The notes under the pieces: generated by a model
What the model saw: only the letters and a program-made list of their open reading frames with translations
Told to the model about the DNA's origin: nothing
The model's database searches: none
Source of the DNA: an uncultured Erysipelotrichaceae bacterium
Lineage (GTDB): Bacteria; Bacillota_I; Bacilli_A; Erysipelotrichales; Erysipelotrichaceae
Direction: 5' to 3'
DNA length: 32,000 bases
Assembly: GCA_942492995.1 (NCBI GenBank)
Contig: OW818653.1
Coordinates: forward strand, 1,680,001-1,712,000
Program-made: the position numbers and the translations under genes
In this document: positions 17,100 through 26,462 of the stretch, piece after piece
Numbering within the stretch: position 1 is the first letter of the stretch
Layout of the letters: each line of letters opens with the position of its first letter

Positions 17100-19719
17100 C
17101 ACTTGCTCCTTCGACTAAACTCTTAATACTCGTACGATTACGTTCTTCCTTCTCTTCGCCCCTAAACTGACAAATAGCCTTGTAGTCGCAATATTTACAT
17201 CCATCTTTTACCACATCTTTATCAATGACACCGTCTTCAAGTGAATGATAGAGAAGCGTATATAAATCACGAATCGCTTGATTCAATAGTTCTATATTGT
17301 ACTGTTTAGACCGTGTAACTGTTCCGCCTTTTAACTTCAATCCTTTAATGTATTTCGCAGATGTATCTTGATTCGCCTCATCATCCAAGGTATATCCAAC
17401 CCATTGACGTAACTTGAGATAATCGTCTTCATAATCTTTATTCGTTAACTCAACCATACCTTTTGTCTTCGCATAGGTATATGGTTCGATTGAAACAGAA
17501 CCTGGTTGACCAAACGACGCATAGTAAATTCCTGACGCAATCTTATCAAACAATTCTTTACTGAATAATGCATACGTTGGTAACTGTAATTTATTTCCAC
17601 TTAATACAGATTTTTCACTCAGTGATTTCGCACTACTCTTATAATCCACAATCCTAACGTATTCATCTCGTACATCAACACGATCAATAAATCCCTTTAG
17701 ATGGACTTGTTTATCTTGATCAATCGTAATGGATTGATTAAACTCTACTTCAACTTGATAGGGCGCATATTCTGTATTCTGTTCTAACGCCGCAAAATTA
17801 TTTAAACTCTCAAGAATCAACTGTTTAGCCCGTTCTTGAATGGAAAGGATACGTGAAATTTGTTTAGGATACAACTTCATTAAGTCATTAAACATTGGGT
17901 CAATCAATTCATTTATATGACGTTTCCCAAAATTCGGATAATCCTTACCAGCCTTATGTACACTCTGTTCAAACACCGCATGCGAAATGGTACCCATTAA
18001 TGAATTATCAATCGTAAAAGGTTTTTGGATATATAGTTTTAATCCTGATTTTAAATAATATTGATACGGACAACGGAAGAAACTCTCAAACGAAGAGACA
18101 CTTCCATACAATCCATCCTGTTTAAAAAAGAGTTCTTTCGCAATGGTTGGATCTAATTTAAATACACGCTCATGTTTAACTTCTGCTTCAATCAATTCTA
18201 ACGGTGTAAACTTAGGTCCATTATGTCGTTTCAAGAAATCTTCAATCTCAAACGATAATGAAGCACCTTTGCCCTCATAATTCCCTACTGAATAGGTAAA
18301 ACACGTATTCTTAGATAACTTAAAAATCGTCTCTAACTGAGTCATATGCCAAAGATAACGTTCACTCGAAGTATCACTGATACATTGATTAAAATAAGTC
18401 TCATCAAAGAATCCACTGTGAACAGGATATTGCGGATAATTCTTCGATGAACATCCCAACACAAACATCTGATCCATAAATGGAATCATCGCATTTGTAA
18501 GTGACACAATCTGTATGCCTTGTTCAGTTGATTCAGATTCTGATAATTGTTCCAACTGATGAATTAAATAGGGAATTGATTGAGGACTAGTTAAGTAAGG
18601 AAGAGAAGTTTGAAGACATTGTCTAATCTGACTAATCGCAGAAGGATTATGCGAAAGTTGAGTGAATAAATTAAATAATCGTTTAATGGTTTCAACTAAA
18701 TCAGAACTATACTCAAAGTTAATAAGCTCAAGATACAACGGTCTACACTCATCACTCTTACGCTCTATCTCCAATAAATGTTTAATACTCCGTTTATCCC
18801 AAATATCATTCTCATATAAGGTATCGTTTAAATGCGTAAATGTTTGATTAAAATCACTGAGATTTGGAGACGCAATCTCAATGTATTGTAAGAGCTGTAA
18901 GGTATGTGAACTATGAATCAAACCACTCTTGATAATCTTGACTAGCTTATCCATACTCGGATTCAACACAAACGCTAAACAATCCACAAACTGTCTAGCT
19001 TCAATGAGGGTTATTTTCTTCTGATAGGTATACGGTATTTTAAGTTGCGATAAATAATGCGTTAAGGGTTCAATCGTTTCAGGATCTAAACATACAATCA
19101 CTGTTTTATCATACGCAATCTTTGATTGAGCAATCTTCTGTACAACGCCATACGCTTCCATCCGCGGATTCTTCGCATAGTACGCCTCAAAGGTTGTTTG
19201 AACTTCATGAATCTCTAAAAACTTTGCGCCTTTATCCATCAATTGATCTAAACGTTTCTTTGACGCATAGGATTGATAAGACGGTATTATCTGAATCGAT
19301 TGATCAAATTGTTTCAGATTAAATTGGGTATAACTCAATGCCTTCGGATGTTTATCGGGATTTAAATACGCTAATAAACGTTTCAATTCCTTATCCTTAT
19401 TAGACATATTCGGTAAATCATCTAAGTGTATATTCTCTTCTGCCATCTCATCCATAAACGCTATTAATTCATCTATCGCACTTGGATAATCCAAGCTTTT
19501 TAATAAAATCGGAAATTCACGACGATGGGATAGGATAACTTCTACACATTGCCAATAATATTCCAACGAACTAGGTAAGACTTGGTCTAATTTCACAAAG
19601 TTATCCCAGGATAAGAATTCAGTCCCAAACAGAATAGGATTTTCATTCATAAAATGCTTAATCACCGCTTTTTGAGCGTGTTTTTGTGTGATAACTGTCG
19701 TTATTATGTGCTTGTTCAT
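17083..19719 (-). CDS. addB: ATP-dependent helicase/nuclease subunit B (AddB/RexB type)
   Basis: C-terminal nuclease motif GFIDRVDV...VRIVDYKSS and Fe-S cysteines (FFRCPYQYY, CKYCDYKAIC). The 3' end overlaps the addA start. The N-terminus lacks a Walker A motif, as in RexB-type subunits. Confidence 0.85.
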   Translation of the reverse strand: MNKHIITTVITQKHAQKAVIKHFMNENPILFGTEFLSWDNFVKLDQVLPSSLEYYWQCVEVILSHRREFPILLKSLDYPSAIDELIAFMDEMAEENIHLDDLPNMSNKDKELKRLLAYLNPDKHPKALSYTQFNLKQFDQSIQIIPSYQSYASKKRLDQLMDKGAKFLEIHEVQTTFEAYYAKNPRMEAYGVVQKIAQSKIAYDKTVIVCLDPETIEPLTHYLSQLKIPYTYQKKITLIEARQFVDCLAFVLNPSMDKLVKIIKSGLIHSSHTLQLLQYIEIASPNLSDFNQTFTHLNDTLYENDIWDKRSIKHLLEIERKSDECRPLYLELINFEYSSDLVETIKRLFNLFTQLSHNPSAISQIRQCLQTSLPYLTSPQSIPYLIHQLEQLSESESTEQGIQIVSLTNAMIPFMDQMFVLGCSSKNYPQYPVHSGFFDETYFNQCISDTSSERYLWHMTQLETIFKLSKNTCFTYSVGNYEGKGASLSFEIEDFLKRHNGPKFTPLELIEAEVKHERVFKLDPTIAKELFFKQDGLYGSVSSFESFFRCPYQYYLKSGLKLYIQKPFTIDNSLMGTISHAVFEQSVHKAGKDYPNFGKRHINELIDPMFNDLMKLYPKQISRILSIQERAKQLILESLNNFAALEQNTEYAPYQVEVEFNQSITIDQDKQVHLKGFIDRVDVRDEYVRIVDYKSSAKSLSEKSVLSGNKLQLPTYALFSKELFDKIASGIYYASFGQPGSVSIEPYTYAKTKGMVELTNKDYEDDYLKLRQWVGYTLDDEANQDTSAKYIKGLKLKGGTVTRSKQYNIELLNQAIRDLYTLLYHSLEDGVIDKDVVKDGCKYCDYKAICQFRGEEKEERNRTSIKSLVEGASDETES

Positions 19720-19766
19720 CCGTGAATCCTCAAGTATAATTATAAGGTATATTCACGGGAGTTTTA
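19720..19766. promoter_or_regulatory. Compact divergent promoter region with palindromic back-to-back -10 boxes
   Basis: TATAATTATA (19735-19744) reads TATAAT on both strands. It is flanked by the 8-bp inverted repeat ccgtgaat (19720-19727) / attcacgg (19751-19758). Confidence 0.4.
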
Positions 19767-20633
19767 ATGAAAAATAACGCATTGTACGGGAAATTGGCCT
19801 TGTTTACTGCAGCCTTCCTCTGGGGAGTAAGTTTTGTGGCAGTGGAAAAGGCGATGAATTTTGGATGGACACCGTTTGCGTTACTCGGAATGCGCGGATT
19901 ATTATCAGGATTAGCATTATCCGTCTTCGGGATGAAAAACAAATTCTGGAAGAAACCGACGTTAATAATTGAAAGTTTAATGGCTGGAACATTAATGTTT
20001 ATCGGAATGGCTTTACAAACTTATGGACAAGCAATGTCCACAGTAAGTAACTCATCCTTTATCACAGTGTTATATGTCGTGTTTATTCCAGTATTACTAT
20101 GGAAGAAACAAAGAGCGACAGGAAGTGTTGTATTAGCTGTAATCTTAGCGGTTGTAGGAACGGCATTTCTTACCCTCAATGGTGGATTATCACTCAATGT
20201 AGGAGATATCTTATTAATTGGATGTGCATTATCCTTTGCCATTCATATCATATTCTTAGGTCATGTTATACGTCATAATGACTTATTATCAGTTGCCATG
20301 ATTCAATCACTTACGATGGGTGTCTTAGGCTTTCTATTCGCAAGTTTTAATGGGCAAGGTATACCAACAAGTGGATGGATCTATGTTCTCTATGCGGGGA
20401 TAGTGAGCAGTGGATTAGCCTTCTTACTTCAACTATATGGCCAACAACATGTTAGCCCTACGATATCTGGATTAATATTAACGCTTGAATCTTTATTTGG
20501 TAGTTTGGGGGCAATCTTCTTATTGAATGAACCCTTTACTTTAAATGTTTTGGTGGGAGGCAGTCTGATGTTATTGGCGGTCGTAACGATTGAGTTAGGA
20601 CCACGATTGTTTCTCCAACTTAAGGGAGGATAA
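19767..20633 (+). CDS. EamA/DMT family transporter
   Basis: About ten hydrophobic helices and a duplicated EamA-like architecture. N-terminal LFTAAFLWGVSFVAVEKAM is typical of the family. Confidence 0.85.
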   Translation: MKNNALYGKLALFTAAFLWGVSFVAVEKAMNFGWTPFALLGMRGLLSGLALSVFGMKNKFWKKPTLIIESLMAGTLMFIGMALQTYGQAMSTVSNSSFITVLYVVFIPVLLWKKQRATGSVVLAVILAVVGTAFLTLNGGLSLNVGDILLIGCALSFAIHIIFLGHVIRHNDLLSVAMIQSLTMGVLGFLFASFNGQGIPTSGWIYVLYAGIVSSGLAFLLQLYGQQHVSPTISGLILTLESLFGSLGAIFLLNEPFTLNVLVGGSLMLLAVVTIELGPRLFLQLKGG

Positions 20634-20635
20634 TA

Positions 20636-21439
20636 ATGGAATCTTTTGTAACACTAACGCAAATCTTAGACCAACGAAAAGGAAATCCAAATTGTGAATT
20701 CAATGGGTTTCTGGAAGACTATGTCGCAAGCTTAGAGGAAGATCATCCACAAATTCAATTGTTTCGTAAGATACTTGAGAAGAACTGTGATTTTCGAATT
20801 CTAGTCCATTATCGTTTTAATATTAATCATGAACTAATTTCGAATCAGATTATCCGTTACAAAGATATTCAAAAAATCCCTGCTTATCAATTTGATTTAC
20901 CGTATTTAGTCTATGGACAAAATGAAGATAAAGAACTATGTGGACTTATCTTACTAGAAGGTAAAGAAGATGCGTATATCCTTGCGAAGGGATACTATCT
21001 AGCATTGACTGAACAAGGTTCAATTCTAGAGGCAGTGAAGAACCAATGTGTATCCTGTAATACGGAACATCCTAATCTCTTTAAGGCAATGGATAAACTC
21101 CATGATGATCATCTTAAAGCGGGAGCTGTTCAACGTATGCTCGATTCAGATATTTTCTGTAATTATCAAGATTTACTGGATGTTGTACAAGGTGTATCCA
21201 TCAAGGTACAAAACAAAGTTAAAGATTTTATTAAATCCGTTGAGAATAAAGAAGTTGTGATTTATCCTGCAGTTGTACACTGGTTTCTTCTAAAGAAGAT
21301 GGTCTATGTACATACGATGATGAATCGTAATCTCTTATTACAAGATTGTGAAGGCGATGTACGTAAACAACGTCATCTCGCTAAACTAAATTCCGATCAT
21401 GTACAATTCTTGATGTATAGCGAAATGTGGAGAATGTAA
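20636..21439 (+). CDS. Hypothetical protein (267 aa)
   Basis: ORF starts 2 nt after the EamA stop, with a strong AAGGGAGGA RBS located inside the upstream gene. No family recognised. Confidence 0.6.
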   Translation: MESFVTLTQILDQRKGNPNCEFNGFLEDYVASLEEDHPQIQLFRKILEKNCDFRILVHYRFNINHELISNQIIRYKDIQKIPAYQFDLPYLVYGQNEDKELCGLILLEGKEDAYILAKGYYLALTEQGSILEAVKNQCVSCNTEHPNLFKAMDKLHDDHLKAGAVQRMLDSDIFCNYQDLLDVVQGVSIKVQNKVKDFIKSVENKEVVIYPAVVHWFLLKKMVYVHTMMNRNLLLQDCEGDVRKQRHLAKLNSDHVQFLMYSEMWRM

Positions 21440-21442
21440 AAG

Positions 21443-21464
21443 AAGCACTACATGTGCTTTTTTT
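21443..21464 (+). terminator. Rho-independent terminator
   Basis: Stem aagcac (21443-21448) / gtgctt (21454-21459) followed by a T-run to 21464. The stem is short. Confidence 0.55.
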
Positions 21465-21537
21465 GTCTATGACAAAGACTTTTGACAGACAGAATAATCA
21501 AATCTTTATAAGATGAGATTGTTCAAAGGAGAAACAT

Positions 21538-22095
21538 ATGAAGATTGCGAACCAAATAAAGAATCATAGGAAGTATCACAGTTGGTCCCAAGATGATTTA
21601 GCAGAGAAAGTTTTTGTGTCTCGCCAAACGATTTCAAACTGGGAAACTGAGAAGAGCTATCCTGATTTACACAGTTTATTTCTATTAAGCAATCTATTCA
21701 ATGTGACCCTTGATGAACTTGTCAAAGGAGATCTGGAAAAGATGAAGAATGAATTATCCAATAAACGTATGCATAACTATAGTATTGGTATGAGTGTATC
21801 AATGGGCTTGATGTTTCTATCGCTTGCACTAGTTAAAAGGATTGGGTTGTATGCGGCTCCGATTACACTCATACTTGCGTGTATCATGTGTTATTTCGCA
21901 TTTAAAATCGAAGTGATTAAGAAAGAATTGAACATACAAACCTATCAAGAGATTGTGGATTTTATGGATGGTAAGGATGTTAATCGTGATACTTTAAAAC
22001 AACGTAAGAAACGCTTAATAATGGAGAATGTGCTTAAGGTAATCGGAGGATTAATAGTAAGTATAATCTTAGCGTTTATTGCGATGAGTATATAG
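21538..22095 (+). CDS. XRE-family HTH transcriptional regulator with C-terminal transmembrane segments
   Basis: HTH_3 signature SWSQDDLAEKVFVSRQTISNWETEKSYPDLHSLFLLSNLFNVTLDELV. Hydrophobic helices follow after residue 80 or so. Confidence 0.8.
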   Translation: MKIANQIKNHRKYHSWSQDDLAEKVFVSRQTISNWETEKSYPDLHSLFLLSNLFNVTLDELVKGDLEKMKNELSNKRMHNYSIGMSVSMGLMFLSLALVKRIGLYAAPITLILACIMCYFAFKIEVIKKELNIQTYQEIVDFMDGKDVNRDTLKQRKKRLIMENVLKVIGGLIVSIILAFIAMSI

Positions 22096-22163
22096 TCTGT
22101 AAAATAGCACAATCTTTCATCTGTGTTATAGTGAGGATAGTAGTGAGATGAAAGAAGGCTAAC

Positions 22164-22571
22164 ATGAAATTTATTGAAGAATTGAAAAGCAAGAAATATA
22201 TTAAAGCATATTCAGAATCTAAATTTGTGGAAAAGGTTATGAAATTTGCGAAGAATGCGGGGATAAAAGTGATCTATGTGGCGTTGTTATTATTTTATAC
22301 CCTGCAGAAAACTTCGACGCCTGCTTGGGCTAAATCTACTATTATTGGCGCATTAGGTTATTTCATTCTACCAATGGATATCATTCCGGATATATTACCG
22401 ATTGCAGGATTCTCTGATGATATCACCGCATTATTAGCTGTAATTGTCGCAGTCGCATTGTATGTGGATGAAGATATTAAAGCTAAGGCAAAAGCTAAAT
22501 TACATATCTGGTTTGAATCATATGATGAAGTAGAATTAAAAGAAATTGATGATAAAATCCAGAAAAATTAA
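22164..22571 (+). CDS. DUF1232 (YkvA-like) membrane protein
   Basis: Motif LPMDIIPDILPIAGFSDDITALLAV is typical of DUF1232. Confidence 0.75.
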   Translation: MKFIEELKSKKYIKAYSESKFVEKVMKFAKNAGIKVIYVALLLFYTLQKTSTPAWAKSTIIGALGYFILPMDIIPDILPIAGFSDDITALLAVIVAVALYVDEDIKAKAKAKLHIWFESYDEVELKEIDDKIQKN

Positions 22572-22593
22572 AAAGACGTAATCGTCTTTTTTT
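22572..22593. terminator. Bidirectional terminator shared by the DUF1232 gene and relE
   Basis: Stem aaagacg (22572-22578) / cgtcttt (22583-22589), a T-run to 22593 and an A-run on the other side. Confidence 0.7.
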
Positions 22594-22855
22594 ATCGATA
22601 AGATTGACTTCGATGCGATACCATAAGGACATGTAATATAAGTTCATCATCAAAAATCTCCGCAAGAATACGATAATCTCCAACTCGATATCTCCAAGAG
22701 CCTTTAAAGTTTGCGGTCAAAGGTTTACCAGTAGATCTCGGATCTTGATTATATAAATGTTTTTCCATCCAACTATAAATAAGCTTCGCTTGATATGAAT
22801 CAAGTTTCTTCATCTGTTTCGCAAAATCAGCACTAAACCTAATCGTATAACTCAT
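22592..22855 (-). CDS. relE: Type II toxin, RelE/ParE family
   Basis: WRYRVGDYRILAEIFDDELILHVLMVSHRSQSY is a typical RelE-fold C-terminus. The gene overlaps the upstream antitoxin gene by 4 nt (ATGA). Confidence 0.85.
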   Translation of the reverse strand: MSYTIRFSADFAKQMKKLDSYQAKLIYSWMEKHLYNQDPRSTGKPLTANFKGSWRYRVGDYRILAEIFDDELILHVLMVSHRSQSYR

Positions 22856-23070
22856 TTGATATCAAGGATCCGTTTTAAATCTTCAAATGAAATATCGGGT
22901 TCATTGATTGGATTGTCTTTTATGGATTTGAATGTCATTATGTCTAACTCAGTTTCCATTTGATCAAAAACAGCTTCTTTAATAAGCGTACTTAAACTCA
23001 CACCTTTAAATTGTGCATAATTACGAATCTGCAGTTCTTCTTCTGCTGTTACTCTAAAACTAATGCTCAT
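22852..23070 (-). CDS. Type II antitoxin, ribbon-helix-helix type
   Basis: MSISFRVTAEEELQIRNYAQFKGVSLSTLIKEAV fits an RHH N-terminus. The ATG at 23070 has GAGGTG 6 nt upstream; the ORF-track start at 23079 is a GTG that lies within that RBS. Confidence 0.75.
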   Translation of the reverse strand: MSISFRVTAEEELQIRNYAQFKGVSLSTLIKEAVFDQMETELDIMTFKSIKDNPINEPDISFEDLKRILDIK

Positions 23071-23082
23071 ATCTATCACCTC

Positions 23083-23119
23083 TGTAATACATTGTAATAC
23101 AAATTAAGATTATCCTCAA
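23083..23119 (-). promoter_or_regulatory. Toxin-antitoxin promoter with two tandem 9-bp palindromic operator candidates
   Basis: On the minus strand, TTGAGG (23119-23114), a 17-nt spacer, then TACAAT (23096-23091). TGTAaTACA palindromes at 23083-23091 and 23093-23101 are spaced 10 bp apart and overlap the -10 box and the likely transcription start. Confidence 0.5.
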
Positions 23120-23133
23120 GAATGAAAAGACGA

Positions 23134-23736
23134 TTATTTCGCCTTTTTCTCTACATCATTCAATGTTTGAGACAGTACTTCAATCTGACCTCGTGTAATC
23201 TCTTTAAGTTCTTTTAGATAATTATCATCAATCGATCGAATCGTAAGTTGAACTTGATCAGTAAATGATTTATTTAAGATCTCATAGTCTTTAAGTTTAT
23301 TTAAGATTGTATCGGTATATGTAATTGGGAATTCAATAATAGTATCTATCATCTCGACAATGGGATTTAATTTTATAGTCTCAATTGCTTGAACAACAGA
23401 GTTACTATATGCACGAGTTAATCCACCAGCTCCGAGTTGGATACCACCATAATAACGAATAACCAAGGCTAAGACATCGACAATACTTTGTTTACGCAAG
23501 ACTTCCAACATCGGTAAACCAGCTGTTCCACTGGGTTCCCCATCATCGTTGCTTTTTTCTAACTGCAGGACACGATAGGCACTACAAATATGTGTCGCTT
23601 TAGGATGACGCTTATGGGCATCCTTGATAATTACATTAATTTCATCGATTGAAAAGACCCGATAAAGTTCTGTGATAAACTCGGATTTTTTGATGATAAT
23701 ACGATGGCTTGTGTTACAATTTAAGCGATAATTCAT
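23134..23736 (-). CDS. yigZ: YigZ / IMPACT family protein (UPF0029)
   Basis: Motifs IIKKSEFI, CSAYRV and DDGEPSGTAGLPMLEVL are characteristic of the family. Confidence 0.85.
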   Translation of the reverse strand: MNYRLNCNTSHRIIIKKSEFITELYRVFSIDEINVIIKDAHKRHPKATHICSAYRVLQLEKSNDDGEPSGTAGLPMLEVLRKQSIVDVLALVIRYYGGIQLGAGGLTRAYSNSVVQAIETIKLNPIVEMIDTIIEFPITYTDTILNKLKDYEILNKSFTDQVQLTIRSIDDNYLKELKEITRGQIEVLSQTLNDVEKKAK

Positions 23737-23782
23737 GGTTAAAGTTTAACCGATTAATGACCGAAATAAAAGGGAGCACCGA

Positions 23783-25075
23783 ATGATAAAACGCTATTCA
23801 AGACCACAGATGACAGAAATATGGGAAGATAAAGCTAAATTCAATCAATGGCTAAACGTGGAGTTAGCAGTTTGTGAAGTTTACCATGAACAAGGGATGA
23901 TTAATTCCCAGGAAATAAATGCGCTTAGAACTGCGTCATTTGACATCGATCGAATCTATAAAATCGAAGAAGATACGAAACATGATGTGGTCGCATTTAC
24001 ACGTGCAGTCAGTGAAACATTAGGCGAAGAAAAACGTTGGATACATTATGGTTTAACCTCAACGGATGTTGTTGATACAGCCCAAGGATTAATCGTAAAA
24101 GAAGCGAACCAAATTATTCGTGATGATTTAAATAAACTAAGTGCAGCACTTAAAGTGAAAGCACTTCAATATAAGAATTTACCATGCATGGGAAGAACCC
24201 ATGGTGTCCATGCGGAAATAACCAGCTTCGGTTTGAAATTTGCGTTATGGGTTGATGAACTAAATCGTCAAATCAATCGTTTTGAATTAGCTGCTTCAGA
24301 AATTGAAGTAGGCAAAATAAGTGGTGCAGTCGGTAATTGTTTATATACAGGTGTGGATTTACAGGATAGAGTTTGTGAAATATTAGGACTAAACAAATCC
24401 ATGATATCCACGCAAGTACTACAACGTGATCGTCATGCGTATTATATGAGCGTATTAGCCCTAATCGGCGCTACATGTGAGAAAATAAGTTTAGAGTTTA
24501 GACACTTACAAAGAACTGAAGTACGAGAAGTTGAAGAAGGTTTCTCAAGTAAACAAAAAGGTTCAAGTGCGATGCCACACAAACGTAATCCAATTTCGTT
24601 TGAGAACATATGTGGATTATCCCGTGTCTTACGTGGTTATATGAGCACAAGCTTTGAAGATATCGCATTATGGCATGAAAGAGATATTTCTCATTCATCA
24701 GTAGAACGTATTATTCTACCCGATGCGACGATACTACTGGATTACATGTTAAATAGATTAACAAAACTAATTGAAAACTTAACGGTGTTTGAAGAAAATG
24801 TTCGTCGTAATATTGAAATAACACATGGTGTAATCTTTGCGCAACGTGTTATGACTTATACCATTGAACATAAGAATATTAGTCGTGAAAAAGCCTATGA
24901 CTTAATCCAACCCATTGCGATGCAAGCTTGGACCAATCAAATCGACTTTAAGAGTTTATTATTAAATAATAAGGATGTGAATGAATATCTTAGTGTGGAT
25001 GAAATAGAATCATGTTTTACCTTAGATTTTTACTTGAAAGAAGTAGATTCGATTTATAAACGTGTAGGTTTATAA
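23783..25075 (+). CDS. purB: Adenylosuccinate lyase
   Basis: N-terminus RYSRPQMTEIWEDKAKF, the fumarate-lyase signature GSSAMPHKRNP, and a length of 430 aa. Confidence 0.95.
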   Translation: MIKRYSRPQMTEIWEDKAKFNQWLNVELAVCEVYHEQGMINSQEINALRTASFDIDRIYKIEEDTKHDVVAFTRAVSETLGEEKRWIHYGLTSTDVVDTAQGLIVKEANQIIRDDLNKLSAALKVKALQYKNLPCMGRTHGVHAEITSFGLKFALWVDELNRQINRFELAASEIEVGKISGAVGNCLYTGVDLQDRVCEILGLNKSMISTQVLQRDRHAYYMSVLALIGATCEKISLEFRHLQRTEVREVEEGFSSKQKGSSAMPHKRNPISFENICGLSRVLRGYMSTSFEDIALWHERDISHSSVERIILPDATILLDYMLNRLTKLIENLTVFEENVRRNIEITHGVIFAQRVMTYTIEHKNISREKAYDLIQPIAMQAWTNQIDFKSLLLNNKDVNEYLSVDEIESCFTLDFYLKEVDSIYKRVGL

Positions 25076-25086
25076 AAGGAGGAACT

Positions 25087-26451
25087 ATGAGAGAAGTCAT
25101 CATTCTTGCGGCAGGTGAAGGGACCAAGTTTTGGCCATACCAGAGTACTCGGAATAAATGCATGTTTCCGATTGCGAATAAGCCACTTATTGCGTATACC
25201 GTAGAAGCTCTTATTGAGGCAGGAATTGAACACATCATCATTGTGTCTAAAACACATACCGATCCGATTCGATCGTATTTTAAGAACGTTAAACAAATTG
25301 AAATAGTAGAAGTAACTCAGACAAAAGGTAGTGCTGAGAGTTTTGTGTATGGCATGGAAAGAGTAGTTGGAAATGATATATGTGTTCTATTTGGGGATTG
25401 TTTGATTCAAAAAGAAGACTTAATATCCTTTATTCAAACTTCATCAAGTTATAATGCGCTTGTATCACCATTGCGTGAACATTCATCAAACTGGATTGCG
25501 TGTCAGGTTAAAGGTGATAAACTTATACAATTTGGTGGTCATCAACGTGGAAATGATATGACGCATCATATGGCAGGGTTTACCTGTGATCGTGATTTCT
25601 TGTTTATTGCGGAACATAATCCAAATCGATTTACACAATTAAAAGTAGGAGTAGGTTCTCCTTTTGAATCCTTTATCGAAGAGTCACTCAATGAAATAAT
25701 CAAAGAAGGTAAAACAATTAAAATCATTGAATCAAAAGAACCTGTATTTGATTGTGATAAGCCATGGCATGCATTAGAAGCGAATGCATATATGACGAAT
25801 AAATTGTGTGGTCAATTGTCGAAGAATACATTTAGTGAAGGCTCGTTTATTGACGATACTGCACGCGTTGAAGGATATGTACAACTTGGAGTAAATAGTA
25901 AGATTGGACATAATGTATGGATTAAAGGGAATGTGATTGTTGGAGATAATACCATTATTGAAAATGGTGTGATACTTGAAGGGAATATTATTATCGGAGA
26001 TGAATGTACACTCTACAATCACTGTAAAGTACATTCACATACGGTTATTGGGAATCGAAATAAATTTGATCAAGGCTTTGAGTTCTTATCAGGTGTTACC
26101 TTAGATCATGTTTATTGTGTACATTACGGGGAATATTATGGACTAATTGGAGAGAACACCGATTTAGGTGCAGGCACAACCTCAGGGACATTACGTTTTG
26201 ATGATCAACTCAGTGCACATTATGTGAAAGGTAGAAAAGAATTACCGAGCAATTATGCGAATGCGAGTTATCTTGGAGACTATTGTCGTACAGGTGTTGG
26301 GGCACTCTTGATGCCTGGTGTTAAAGTTGGGGCGTTTAGTGTAGTTGGAAGTGGTGTTGTTTTACAAAGAGATGTGAAAGACAATACGCTAATCTATGTT
26401 AAACAAGAATTGATTGAAGAAGAATGGGGAGTCGACAAGTATGGGTGGTAA
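25087..26451 (+). CDS. Sugar-phosphate nucleotidyltransferase with C-terminal left-handed beta-helix (GlmU-like architecture)
   Basis: N-terminal VIILAAGEGTKFWP (NTP-transferase G-loop) and C-terminal hexapeptide repeats (GHNVWIKGNVIVGDNTIIENGVILEGNIIIGDECTL). The gene starts 11 nt after the purB stop, with AAGGAGG upstream. Confidence 0.7.
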   Translation: MREVIILAAGEGTKFWPYQSTRNKCMFPIANKPLIAYTVEALIEAGIEHIIIVSKTHTDPIRSYFKNVKQIEIVEVTQTKGSAESFVYGMERVVGNDICVLFGDCLIQKEDLISFIQTSSSYNALVSPLREHSSNWIACQVKGDKLIQFGGHQRGNDMTHHMAGFTCDRDFLFIAEHNPNRFTQLKVGVGSPFESFIEESLNEIIKEGKTIKIIESKEPVFDCDKPWHALEANAYMTNKLCGQLSKNTFSEGSFIDDTARVEGYVQLGVNSKIGHNVWIKGNVIVGDNTIIENGVILEGNIIIGDECTLYNHCKVHSHTVIGNRNKFDQGFEFLSGVTLDHVYCVHYGEYYGLIGENTDLGAGTTSGTLRFDDQLSAHYVKGRKELPSNYANASYLGDYCRTGVGALLMPGVKVGAFSVVGSGVVLQRDVKDNTLIYVKQELIEEEWGVDKYGW

Positions 26452-26462
26452 AAGGAGGCATC

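Noticed and set aside
17083-19719. The AddB N-terminus lacks a Walker A motif, and AddA is short at about 1050 aa. I considered whether these are pseudogenes or an unusual complex.
   Set aside because: Both frames are intact and the nuclease and Fe-S motifs are conserved. RexB-type subunits without a P-loop are known in low-GC Gram-positives, so this looks ordinary.
23737-23782. A perfect 7-1-7 palindrome ggttaaagtttaacc (23737-23751) and two CCGAA elements lie upstream of purB. They might be a PurR PurBox-type operator or a purine riboswitch.
   Set aside because: The 46-bp intergenic region is too short for a purine riboswitch. The CCGAA matches are partial, one abuts the start codon, and they do not fit the paired PurBox geometry. 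The palindrome may be a regulatory site, but I cannot support a specific call.
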